Positions 25,001 to 36,272 of a stretch of DNA of 64,000 nt are shown one piece after another; within the stretch, counting starts at the first letter, position 1; the number at the start of each line of letters is the position of its first letter. Source of the stretch: Raillietiella orientalis (lineage: Eukaryota); the NCBI GenBank assembly GCA_036172245.1, contig JAYWIR010000022.1, positions 3,100,001-3,164,000 of the forward strand. Reading direction: 5' to 3'. Under the pieces are notes generated by a model that was given only the letters and a program-made list of their open reading frames with translations, was not told where the DNA came from and did no database searches. Made by a program: the position numbers and the translations under genes.

Positions 25001-28000
25001 CTGTTGGTCTTGCACCTTCTCCTTGTGCCAGTGGTTTCGCAAGAATTTCACCCGGTCAACAACATTCTCAAAACGGGGGGGGGGGGGGGGGGAATGAAAA
25101 TGAAAATAAAAGCACGAAATTCCTGCATCGTTCTCCCGCAGGTAAAGCACTCTCCTGCGAGTACCAGAATCATTCTGCTGAAATTTAATTTCATCTTGTG
25201 TTGCGCTCCGTCGCCTGTTGTCGGAATGTTAAAATTCCTCCGAGAGTTCTGTTGCGTTGCTGCCAGGGAGACCTTCCGTTCCTGGTCTAATTGGGGAAAC
25301 TTCCTTTCCTGGAAAATCGGGAGTCCGTCATGAACGAGTGCGGGGTGGCTCGCTTCCGTTGAGCTTTTCCCATCCGAGACGGGATTTCGAAGTGCCTCAA
25401 GCATGAGGAGCAGCGTTCTAACCAAGGAGATTCCAGGCGCTCCCATCCAGAGCGATAAACTTGTCGTCATCCGACGTTTAAAGGTGAACTCTTCTTGGAC
25501 GGGTTTGTGTGGTCCCAGTTTCCGTGCAGGCAACCTCTCGCTGCTGCGGACCTTTAATCTCCTCGGCGGTTAGCGTGTGCTTTGCTCGGACATCAGCAGA
25601 GGCACGGTGGCGCATTGCAGTCTTCCCTTACCGTTTTCTCACATGCCGCACTGCTGCGATCCTCGCGTTTGCTTTCTGCGGAAGCAGAAGAGGTGGTTCA
25701 ACTGGAACCGACGGTGCTGAGCGCGGATAGGTTCAAGGACGACCAATCTGTCGCGTTATCTTGCTTCAGCAGATTCAGAGATCTGATGGAACCGTGGAAG
25801 GGGAATGCTCCCGTGCTGGACCGGCCGTTACAGAGTCCGCAGGAAGGTGGAACTTCTTCGGGGCGGAGAAGACGTCCCGATCTCCACAAGACCCTCCGGC
25901 AGGTCCCCGCTCCTCGAACGTCGGCTCGTCGAGGCAAATGAATCCCCCTTCTCCTCCCCGCGTCCCACGCGAAAGTCGAAAAGGGGGATGGTCTGAATGA
26001 ACGAAAAGGTCACACCTGGGGACCGCTGCCATGAGCTTGCCTGGTCACATGGAGGCGACCTGCTTCAGGTATGCATCGAGTCGATTCCTTGTTCTTCACC
26101 TTCACCCCGACCGAAGAACACCGAAAAGTCTTTGGTTTGACCGGAAGGGTTTTCGGAGCCGCCAGGCCTCTGCCAAGACAAAGTGCATCGTCACCCGGCG
26201 ATGCCTACCCTTAGGCCGACGACGACCACCCTTCCTGTGATGCGGAAGCGGCGATTTGAAACCTCTTGAGGCATATTGAGGGGCGCGGGTCTGCAGCTGT
26301 AGTCACGTAGGAAAGCTTGGTGGCGGTGAAGACAGGTCCCCCCCCTCTGGAAAGAATTCTTGAGTGTCTCGCGGGGTTCGGGAGAGGTCAGCTCGAAAGA
26401 GGAGCCGGTCCGATCTGCAAAAGAGGCTACTCATAACGCTTCGTTTCGTCATTCCCTCTGTGCCATTTTGCTGGTGGTGAAATTACATGCCATGCGCGGT
26501 AGTGATGGACACGGGCGCGAATACGCCATCTTCCTAGTCTTCCCCAGCTCTCTTCCTTTGGCTCCTTACTGGAGGCTCCTTCATTGCGGGCGATGACCCA
26601 GCCTATGCTTCCAGTATTCCGGGAGAGTTGCCCGTTTGGATGGCCCACTTCTTTGATTTGTTCTTCCCGTTCCTCGGGAATTTTCAGTTCCCTCGGCGCT
26701 TCGTCGTTGGCCGGGTCCCAGGGTCCCAAATGTCTTGCTCACGGCGACTCTTCCCTCGGAGGGCCTTCCTTTGGAGGCGAGGTGAAGAGCCTGTCCTCCT
26801 GCCTCTTCCAACGCTATCGATGAGTACTCGTTGGGGTTGGCAACTTCCAGGATGAGGACTCGACCTTCTTCCTGGAGGATTCGAAGCTGAAGGTCCGGCT
26901 TCGGCTTCGAGTTTGTTCCCGAAACGGTCTGGTTGGCGGCTACCGACCCTCAGCATTTCCACGCGAGATTTCTGGATTCGGGTCGGGAACTCTTCGTGCA
27001 CCTTCGTGATCTCGCTCTGTTCATGGATGCGCCGGTTGAGGATATGACCTGACCCTCCATCTTCCACGCCTTCCGCCTAGACGATCAGCGCCTCTACCGG
27101 CTGGCGAGCAGCGGTCAAAGTCCTCCGACTGCCCCGTATTTACGAGAGCAAATTGCGCTCACCATTCCCTGGGATCGAAGGTCTCCTACCGCAGAGCTGG
27201 TCCGCCTGGGCCGAACCCTCGTTTGCTCTCCCCGAAGGGTTCCTTTGATGCAGCCTGGAGAAGCCCTGAGGCCTTCATGGCTCATCCAGTTGCTTCTGCA
27301 GTGCCGAGGTCTTCGAGTGCTATGCACAGGGGATCGCGGCGTGCCCTTGCGCGTCATCACAAGTACCGATCGCTGCTGAGGTATCATGCGGTGTCACGCC
27401 CCACCGCTTGTGCCTGATACGCTGCCTCCCTTCGCTCTGCATACCGGGGGGAAGTCTCCGAGGCCCGAAGAGCTGCCGCGCGCATCATAGCCGAGCGTGC
27501 ATGCCCCGGCGGGGGGAAGCGAGCGGCCCGCCGTGCCTCCCGGAGAGACCCTGCTTCTCTCTGCCGCTTATTGTGAACTCTCCAGCTCTGGCCGCCAGTT
27601 TCTTCTTCGGGCCAGCAGCTTCTTCCGGACCTCCCATGTCTCTTCCTCCAGAAGCCTCGCCCTCCCCTCCTCTACGCGCTCGTTCCTCCCCACCCCTACC
27701 CCGCATCCCTACTCTTCTCTCTTCTGCTTCCTCTCCCCGTCGATTGCTTCGATGTGCTCGAAGCTTCCCCGAGTGTCTCGGCGCCATCTTCGCGGAAAGA
27801 TTCTCCTCCCTCCTCGGTCTCAAGATCTGCAGCTCCGCGTCCGCATCCTTCGTGTGACCGGCCTCGGTCGGAACGCTCCAGCCTGCGCTTCTGACTCCTC
27901 GGCGGACGCGTTCCTGCCCGCCGCACCAGGGTGCCATTCCTTCGCTCTTGAGGTTCCTCGGGTCCGCTGGACGTCCACCTCCATCCCCGGATGGCCGTCT

Positions 28001-31000
28001 CCTCCTACCGGTTGGCTGGAGCGGTGGAACAAGGTCGCAGCTGCTCCTCGAGGTGGGAGAGCACGCATATCGGTCACCCTTCCTCCCCCCCAGCCGGAGG
28101 CGTCGATCGCTCGTTAGGGGTCCCTCCTCCCCCCCCCCGGCTGTTCGGTGCTGCAGGGCGAGACGATTTCGTAAAGGTGGCCCTGCTTCCCATGTTGCGT
28201 CTTCGGCCTGGTTTTCCGCGCACCTGGGGTGCCTGCGCAAGCCTTTTACGGGCACGCAGGCGTAGCCATCCCCTCCCCCTTCACATGGCGCGCGTGCATG
28301 GGAGCCGGTGGGAGGGGAGCTTCCTGACCGCAGCCCCGGCTGCTGCCCCCTAGCGAGCCCGAAGGACGCGATTCCTTCTGCTCCCAGAAGGTCCTCGGTC
28401 TTCCTTCCGACTCTATTTAGGGTGTTCGTCCCGGGTACCGCGGCACCGGCTGCCTCGCTCTCTTGCCGGTGGCTGCCCTGGGGAAGGGGCGCCTTTCCTT
28501 GGCTCGGATGGCCTGGTCGGTCGTGCACGGAATCTGTCCCGGGACAGCCTACCTCTGGGTTCCTCCTCCTCGTGAGGTTGCTTCTGTCGACTACGGTGGG
28601 TCGCATCTGCCTTGTGTCAGGAAGAGGCCGAGGTCTCGATGCGTCCCCGTGTTGTTCCGTCGCTCTGCTTTCTGCGGTTGCGGCCGCGCTGGCCGTTCGC
28701 AATGTTGGGCGCTGAGGAGAGGACCGTGCTTGGTCCGACGGGCTCACGCGCGGTGCGGACCCTCTCGGGCGCGCGCGAGAGAGGTGGGTTCCCTCTCCCC
28801 CCAGGAGTCCCCACCTCAGCGCGGCGCCGGCCCCTCGAGGCGGTGGGCCTTTTCTTCGGAGAGGAGGGCGCCCTCTTTCATCTTCTACGCGTCCGTCCCT
28901 CTCTTTTACCGGAAGGGGGGATGCGTGCCTTCTGCGGTTCTTCCGCTCCACAGGGCGGGTGCGCCGGTGGCAGCGGCGCCTTAAGGAAGGTAGTCCTGCA
29001 GTTGTCCCGCCATCTCCATGCCGTGCGGGCGACCGTGCTTAGCTTTCCCTCTCTTTTCGGTTCGCCTGAGGGCGCACGCAAAGAGCTTCTCCCGCGTCTT
29101 CCTCAAACAGCAGCATCAACACCGTCCCCGCGGGCTCCGTTCCTCCCGTCTGGGCCGCACTTCTTCCTGCCTTTGCCGCTGCTGGGCGTATTCTTCCGCA
29201 GCCCGGCCCGACGGCAGGCGCGGGAGCGGAGCACCTGCAGCCACACTCCTCCCCTGCCTCCAACCCGCGGATCCAGCCGGGTGGGAATCGGTCCGAGCCT
29301 GCGTGGCGCCGCGAGGTGTCTCCGCAGCGCCTCCCTCTTTTCCTGGTCGGTTTCGCGGTGGGATGGGGGGGGGGGGTTCCTGTCCGCGTCTCCTCCTGCA
29401 GTCTTCTCCTCCTGCTGGCGCCCAGGGTCCTGCTTTTCCCCTTCCTCTTGCGCTTTCGGCTCCAGAAGGGGTCCCATCCCAGCGCTCCTTCCAAGTACGA
29501 AGGAGGCGACTCCCACTCCCCTACCGTTGCTGGCTCTGCTGCTCCACGGCGACGCTGGTAGGTGGGGGGAGGGGAGTCGGCGGAAGAATCCTCGAATGCT
29601 CCGCGCTTCGAAAGACGCACCGGCAAGGCGTCCGCTTCCTGCATTGCCATGGCTCCAGCGAACGTTTTGCGGGGCGCGCAATCTCCGGCGTTCGCTGCCA
29701 GGGCGCTGTTCCGGTCCTTGCTGAAGAGACATGCACGCGTTCCCCTCTGACAGATGGACCGAATTGAGAGGAGCATCTTTCTGGATCATCGAAAAAAAGA
29801 TCTTTCTCGGAACGTCTTTGAACGTCACTGTCAAGGACCTGCGTTTCCTGCGGAGGATCTTCAAGCGCTCGTGCGGTCCCTGGATGCACTTCTGCTTTCC
29901 CGTTTCTTGCAGCTCCTGCCCCAGGAGCCAGAATCCATCAGGAATTTGAACGCGCGTTCCTCTCTCCCTCCCTCCCTCCCTTGCTTCCTCTTGGGACCCT
30001 CGGGATCGCGAACCCCTTCCTCTCCTCTTCCCCCTTCCCTCCGGAAAGATCAGCCACGCGCCGCTGCTGCTGTCGGCCGGCTGAAGACCCCAGCAAGCGG
30101 GAGGCGAGGTGAAGGGAGTTAGAGGCAAAGGAGCAGCGGCCTCGCAGGAGGGACTGCGCAACGGTTCCGTCCCATGGTCCGCCTCTTGGGTGCCCTTCTC
30201 GAGGACCCATTCCATTCCTCTCGGACGGTCTCCGTGAGTCCTCTCTCCGCGGCCGCTTTCTTGTTGCCCTCCAAGGGATTTCCCCGGGGAGAGGCAGCGA
30301 GCGATGGTCAGGAGGATGCGAGCAGCAGGGCACGGCCTCTGGGGATGGCGATGAGGAGCCTTCCCTCTCCCTTCCGACGGGGCCGCCGACCGTGGCGGCG
30401 GCTCGTGTGCTTCTGGGGACCCGCGGGTCGTCCGGCAGTGCGGCAGCAAAGGAAAAGGCTCCCCCGGGCGCCCCCATCCTGCCGCCAGAAAACGCTCCTC
30501 CGCCGCCGTCTTCCTTCGCTTTGCTTCGCGCCCACCCGTCTGTTTCCAAAGCGACGGACCCCGCTTGTGTTCCGTGCATATGCATCGCGTGTTCAGCAGC
30601 GGCACGCACGCACTCGTCGGGTGGACACGAATCTCGCGTACGCGTTGGCGAGCGGGCGAGGTGACGTCACTCTCGAGCTGTGGTGGGCAGGGGAGGGGGT
30701 GACGCAGTCATCTTCCCTCGCGCGCGCTTGTCGTGGGGCGCGTGAACGCCCTCCGGCGGTTCCCGCGACCGCGTGCGTGCGAGGTGCATTGATCTTGCGT
30801 CTCGCGGGCGAACTCTTGCGTAGGGCCGCACGCCTGAGGCGCGGATCTGCCGGTTGCGCCAGTCGGGGCGGAACAGCAGCCGGTCAGGGTCCTCCCTTAG
30901 ACGTTCCCCCTGGGACGGCGCCGCTGCCGCGCTCTCCCTCTGAGGTGGCTGCCTCCTTCGGAAGGCGCCTCGCTGATCTGCTCCGCTGCCGCCCACTGGC

Positions 31001-34000
31001 TGTCGGGGGGCGTATTGGGCCGAAGGGAAGGAGGGTCTCGTGAGGTTCAGGGATACGGTCGCCGCAAAGAGGGGAGACCACGCCTTCCTTGCGAAGGGGC
31101 GCTCTGCTCTCCCCCTTCTCGGCAGGCCAGGCCAAAGGGAACTGCGACCTCGCCACTTGACAGCTGGACAGTCCCTTCGCCCTTCCGCCGCGCCCTATCG
31201 GAGAGGTCTCCTCCTCCTCAACGGGCGCGACATTTAAGACACTCTTTCCTCTCTTCCAGCCGCGGGGGCACCGGCAATTTTCGCCTTCCGGGATCGGCCG
31301 CGAGCACGGAGCCGCCGGAGGGAGGGAGGGCTGGCGCGAACCGCCGCGGATCGGCCGCCCGGGCGCGTCTTGGCTTCCGTGCCCCGAGGGCGCTTCGCGA
31401 GCTCTCCACGCTCGGCTGGAGGGCTCTTCGGTGGTTTGGAGAGACGGTCTTTGCCGCCTCCCGGCCGCCGTGGGGATGTCCTCTTCGGCGCCTTCCACCT
31501 GGCGTCCCCCGCGCGTCTCGGGGCCACGCGTGACGGGAGGGGGCGCCTCCTACGGGAATGGAGGCGGCGGCGGCCGTTGTGGAGACGAAGAAGCCGGCAC
31601 CCGGAGGCTGCGCGCTTTCTGAGGTGAGCTTCGGCGCCGTGCCGACTAACTCGAGGCGCGAGTTCCTCTGCGCCTCGGGCCAACCTTTGCCTCTTCCCTT
31701 CCGAGAGGGCTGTGCAGCTGACTGCTCCCGCGCGCTGTGCCCGGTGGGACGAATGCTGGAGAGGCACGCGCCAGTGGTCATCGCCTCGGGGTATTTCCTG
31801 CTCGAATCACCGCGAGACTCGACCGTGCTAGGGGTCCCGCAGAGGGAACGTTGCCACGGCGACGGCCCGGCCGCCTTCTAATGGGCGCAGGCGGACGTAG
31901 TGCCATGTTCCCGAGCCGGGGAGAGGGATCAGGGAGAGAGGTCTTCTCCCCCCCCTTCCTTCTTGGATCGGTGGCCGAACGACCTCGCCTCTGGTCTCCC
32001 TTGAAGGTGACTTCTGCCATCTCTGAGACTTCCCTCTGTTCGCGGTTTCCAAGATTCCTCTCTGGTGGCCAGTCGCCTCAGTCCCTCCCTCGCCATCCTC
32101 TCGGGAAGGGGTGGGTCGGGAACGCGGAAACGCTTTGGTCAGACGAAGGGGGAGCTCCTTCCGGGAGGCTGCCGGAGAACCTCTCAGGACCCGGACCTGC
32201 TTTCCTGCTGCACCTTCTTTCTCTCGTCCAGGATCATTGAGACGGACTCCAAGTCCCTCAACTCCCTGTCTGCGAGCAGCGGGCACTCTCAGAAGGACCC
32301 GGATGCGGCCGCGGCCCCCTCCGAGGGAGGCAGCCTCACTTCCACGGGCTTCTCCAACCACGACGAGAACGAAGAGGACAGCTGGACGCTGTGGAGCCAC
32401 ATTATCAACGAGTGGGAGACCTTCAGCAAGAAGAAGCATCAGCAGCTGAAGGTGCGGATGAGTCCCGTCGCCTCCCTCCCTCCGCCTCTGACGGCCATCG
32501 TGCTCTCTTCTCCGCCAGGAACTGGTCAGGAAGGGCATTCCTCATCACTTCCGCAGCATTGCCTGGCAGCTGCTGTCGGGCGCCTACCGTTCCCCGGTCA
32601 AGCAGCGGTACGTGGAGTACATCAAGGCTGTCTCGCCGTGCGAGAAGGTGAGGAGAGTGACCGCGCATCCGCACAGACGGCGTCCTCGTCCAGATCATCC
32701 GCAGGGATATCGCCCGGACGTACCCTGAGCACGAGTTCTTTAAGGAGAAGGACGGCCTCGGGCAGGAGAGCCTCTGCAACGTGATGAAGGCCTACTCCAT
32801 CCACGACCGCGAGGTCGGGTACTGCCAGGGCAGCGCTTTCATCGCGGGTCTCTTCCTCATGATCGTGAGCAACTACTCTCCGCCCTCTGCCCTCCCTCCC
32901 GGCAAGACAGAGGTCCGCGGGCCACCCGCGGCGGACGCTGTTCCCCTTCCAAGCTTTCACTGCGGCGTCCTCTGCCCCTCATTCGCAGCCTCGCCGGCTC
33001 TGCCATCACCATCTCTCCTCTTCCTGCATCCTCCTCCTATATTCTTCTCTTCCTCCTCTCTTTTTTTTCCTCCTCTTCCTTCCTTTCCTCTTCTCTCCAT
33101 CCTCCTCCCTCTCTTCCTCTTCCCTCCTCTCCTCCTCTTCCTCCCTCCTCTCCTCCTCTCTTTTCCCTCTTCCTCTTCCCTTCCTTTTTCCCCTCTTCCT
33201 CGCAGTCTCCTTCTTCGCACTCCGGTCCTTTGCTTCGCGCAGGCATCCCTCTCGCTTCCCTTCTCCCCCCCCCCTCCTCCCTCGATCTTCTCCTCCCTCC
33301 CTCCTCTCTCTCTGTCTCTCTGCCCCCCCGCAGATGCCAGAGGAGGACGCCTTCGCCATCTTCGTGAGGCTCATGCAGGACAGACGGATGCGCGACATGT
33401 TCAAGCCGTCCATGCCAGAGCTGGGCCTGTACATGTTCCAGCTGGACGCGCTGGTTCAGGAGCTGCTTCCCGAGCTGCACGCGCACTTCCGGTCGCAGGG
33501 GTTCCAGACCAGCATGTACGCCTCGAGCTGGTTCCTCACCCTATTCACGACGGCCCTGCCCCTGCAGCTGGCCTTCCGCATCATGGACGTCTTCCTCTCC
33601 GAAGGGATAGAGATCGTCTTCCGCATCGCCATCGCGATCCTGCGCTCCGGCAGAGAGGCCCTGCTACGCCTGGACATGGAAGGCATGCTGAAGGTGCGGG
33701 AAAGGCGTTACTGGACCGCCGCAACTGTCCTCCCCCTCTTTTCCCTCGCAGTACTTTCAGAAGGACATGCCGGCGTATTTCGAGGAGGACCCCGACGTCC
33801 TCATGTCCCTGGCCTTCGGCGTCCGGTACCACGCTAAGCGCATGCTCCGCTTGCAGAAGGAGTACCTCAGCAGCAGGACCCACGAGCTGGAGGAGGCGAG
33901 CGAGCTCAAGGTGCGCCCCGAAGGGCAGGGTTCCGCCGACCAGGAGTTCACTGGGACCTTCTTCCCCCTTTCCTCCCCTGCAGAGGCTGAAGCGCGAGAA

Positions 34001-36272
34001 CGCCTCCCTGCAGCAGCGCGTGAGGGCGCTGGAGGCGGAGACCACGTTGCTGGCGGACAGGCTGGTGCGGGACCAGGTGGTGCGCGCCGAGGAGGCCGAA
34101 TCGACCTTCGCCCTGGAGCGCGAGCTGGAGGCAGCGCGCCGGAGGGACGCGGCGACTTCGGCCCAGCTAGAGCGGGCGCGCGGCCGCATCCGCGAGCTGT
34201 CGCTGCTGGTGCAGGAGGCGGAGCTCGGAGCGGGGACCGAGGAAGCGGCCGAGGAGGACGGCAACCGGGTAGGACTGCAGCAGCCGAGCCAGCTCGAGGA
34301 GCTGGCACGCTGCCTGCAGTCCGAGCTGGTTGGGGCTCGCCTGAAGCAGGCAGAGGCGGAGGCCACGGTCCGCGACCTCCTGTGCCGCGTCCAGGAGCTC
34401 GAGCAAGAGAAGAAGGCCCTGCGGGAGGCGGTGCCAGAGTCCGCCGTCGCCCAGATCCAGGAGGAGCTCATCGCCGTTCGACTGCGGGAAGCGGAGGCGT
34501 CCATGGCGCTCAAGGAGCTGCGCCACAGCATTTCCGAGCTGAAGACGTCCTGGTCCAAGCTCCACCGGCGCGACGACTGCGCCACATGTCCCCAGGAAGG
34601 CGGCGGTGGAGGCGGCAAGAAGCTGCTCTTCTGGGAGACCAAGGCCGCCGACGGCAGACTGGAGGACGAGCTGATGGCACTGCGGCTCCAGGAGACCGAG
34701 TCCCAGGCGGAGCTAACGGAGCTCCGACTCCGCATCATGGACCTGGAGTCCCAGGTGCGCGCGGGCGGGGGAGGGGCGTCCCGACGCGCCCGTGTTTCTC
34801 TCCCCCTTCCTCCCCCCTGAAGCTCCAGGTGAGCGGGAACCAGGCGCGACGGGCGGAGGAGCGCATCCGGAAGATGAGGGAGAAGCTCGAGGCTGCCCAG
34901 GGGCAGGAGACTTCCCTCCGGCAGCAGCTTCGCGAAGAACAGCGGAAGGGAGCTGACCTGGACTCGAAGGTCGGTCGCGTGTGCGGTGGAACTGGGGCAG
35001 GGATGGGCGGGTGCGGGGGACTGACGAGGGATGGCTGATCTTCTCCACCCCCCCTGCAGCTGCGCGGCGAGCTGATGCTGGCCCGCGTCCGGGAGGTGGA
35101 GCACTCGCAGCGCGTGGCGGAGCTGACGCAGAAGATCTCCAGTCTGGAATGCCAGGTATGCTCCTGCGGGAGGAAGGAGGGGTAGGGGTATGAGGAGGAG
35201 GAGGAGGGCCTTCCTCCCGCCCATCCTCGGCCTCCCCCCCCCCTCTCTCCTCTGCAATGGTGCTCCCTCTTTCCTCGTCTCTCTCTCTCCCACCGCAGAA
35301 CCAGGAGCTCGTCGCGGAAGGTGCACTCAGCAGGAGCCCCGTGCAGCCGGAGCTGGTGAAGCGCCTCCAAGAACGCATGTCCGAGATGACGGTCGAGGTA
35401 AAAAAAGAACGCCCATGCCATCCCCAAACTCCTCGCTGCCACCCATCTGACACGCAGCTTTGCTTATCTTTTTTAACACCGTCTTTCCATTCCTCAGACC
35501 CCTTTGCAGACTCCTATCGAGGAGATCAAACTTTTCCACTGGTAAGAGAGAGGAAATTTGCTTCTCGTTGTCGTTGCTGTTGTTGTTGTCTCCTTTTTCT
35601 CACTGTCGTTGCTGTTGTTGTTGTCGCTGTTCTTGTTTTCGCTTCTTCCCATTTTTCTTTCGGCCGCTGCCTTCTTGGATGTCATCGCCCTCGCCGCCTT
35701 TCCCACTAGCGATTTCCTCCTGCCGTCACTGCATGCTCTTTTTGCGCGCTTCCTTGTTGTTTGGTGGTGGTCACTTTGCGTTCCTTCCCTCCGCCACCCC
35801 CTCTTCCTTCTCCGCCTCGGCACGAAGGAGCCCGGCAGCCGCGCCAGAGCTCCTCCGCTCGTTGGGCTGCGGGCAGCGGGGCAAGGGAAGTCCGAGAGGA
35901 GGAAGGAAGGTCCGGGGCAGTTTTCGCCTCTTCCTCCCGGTGAGCGCGCAGAGAGACGCCAGTGTCTTCCGGCCGGCCGGCCCTGCGAAGTCACGGGAGG
36001 AGTCGCCACCGCCGCCTTCGCTCTTCGGGGTTCGCTTGCATGGAATCTGCCTCTCGCACTCTTCTTCTTCTTCGTCGTCGTTACTTATGCTGCAGCAGCT
36101 GCAGCTCCCCTTCCTGGGTGACCTGGTTCTTTCGTAGGTCATGAGGCTGAAGCTCGCCTCCGGCGATTTCTCCCCTTCGGATCCGGTCGCCGGTTTGTGC
36201 CCTTCGTCTGACAGCACACCGGACAACGAGACCAGCGAAGATCTGAGGTTGCAGTGCGAGTATGCCGGATGA
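9565..36272 (+). CDS. EVI5: EVI5 (ecotropic viral integration site 5) ortholog: TBC-domain Rab GTPase-activating protein with C-terminal coiled coil, 11 coding exons, about 817 aa
   Basis: Exons 9565-9731, 32232-32451, 32519-32647, 32694-32864, 33334-33693, 33752-33910, 33984-34754, 34823-34969, 35060-35155, 35299-35397 and 36138-36272; all GT-AG with matching phases, 2454 nt in total. Motifs: [39 protein letters not shown]-finger [11 protein letters not shown]-finger [16 protein letters not shown]...[12 protein letters not shown], then a long coiled coil. Start codon (9565 vs 9574, or an upstream exon) and the exon-8 acceptor (34823 vs 34829) are uncertain. Confidence 0.9.
9914..10071. repeat. 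Compound microsatellite (TG)n followed by (TA)n
   Basis: About 10 TG units from 9914, then an almost pure TA run of about 85 bp at 9986-10071. Confidence 0.97.
26560..27200 (-). mobile_element. Eroded 3' fragment of a restriction-like-endonuclease (RLE) non-LTR retrotransposon, NeSL/Utopia-like
   Basis: Minus strand, in the expected order across frameshifts: degenerate CCHC finger ending SGHILN (27049-27035); an RH-like segment (ITKVHEE); PD-(D/E) core [26 protein letters not shown]...LEEA (from 26901); [10 protein letters not shown] (26729-26700), resembling the GxLGSWDPxN motif. Confidence 0.65.
33010..33330 (+). repeat. Long low-complexity polypyrimidine (C/T) tract in EVI5 intron 4
   Basis: About 300 bp of CCT/CTT/CT units with very few purines, ending at the acceptor at 33333. 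Confidence 0.9.
35498..35545 (+). CDS. Candidate alternative terminal exon of EVI5 ([15 protein letters not shown])
   Basis: Polypyrimidine tract plus CAG acceptor at 35497, in phase 0 with the donor at 35397. Stop TAA at 35543-35545 overlaps a strong GTAAG donor. Confidence 0.4.
   Translation, partial: TPLQTPIEEIKLFHW
35566..35640. repeat. Imperfect (GTT/GCT/GTC)n trinucleotide repeat
   Basis: cgttgtcgttgctgttgttgttgtc and gtcgttgctgttgttgttgtcgctgttcttgtt. Confidence 0.7.

Noticed and set aside
10373..32200. Many long overlapping ORFs (e.g. 20774-22069, 21558-22874, 27485-28951, 29103-30605)
   Set aside because: Arg/Pro/Gly/Ser-rich, present in all six frames and lacking motifs; expected from stop-codon scarcity in GC-rich intronic DNA.
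32781..34820. 679-aa ORF treated as a single-exon protein
   Set aside because: It reads through introns and out-of-frame exons; the spliced EVI5 model explains it.
33581..35326. 581-aa minus-strand ORF
   Set aside because: Antisense shadow of GC3-rich EVI5 coiled-coil exons.
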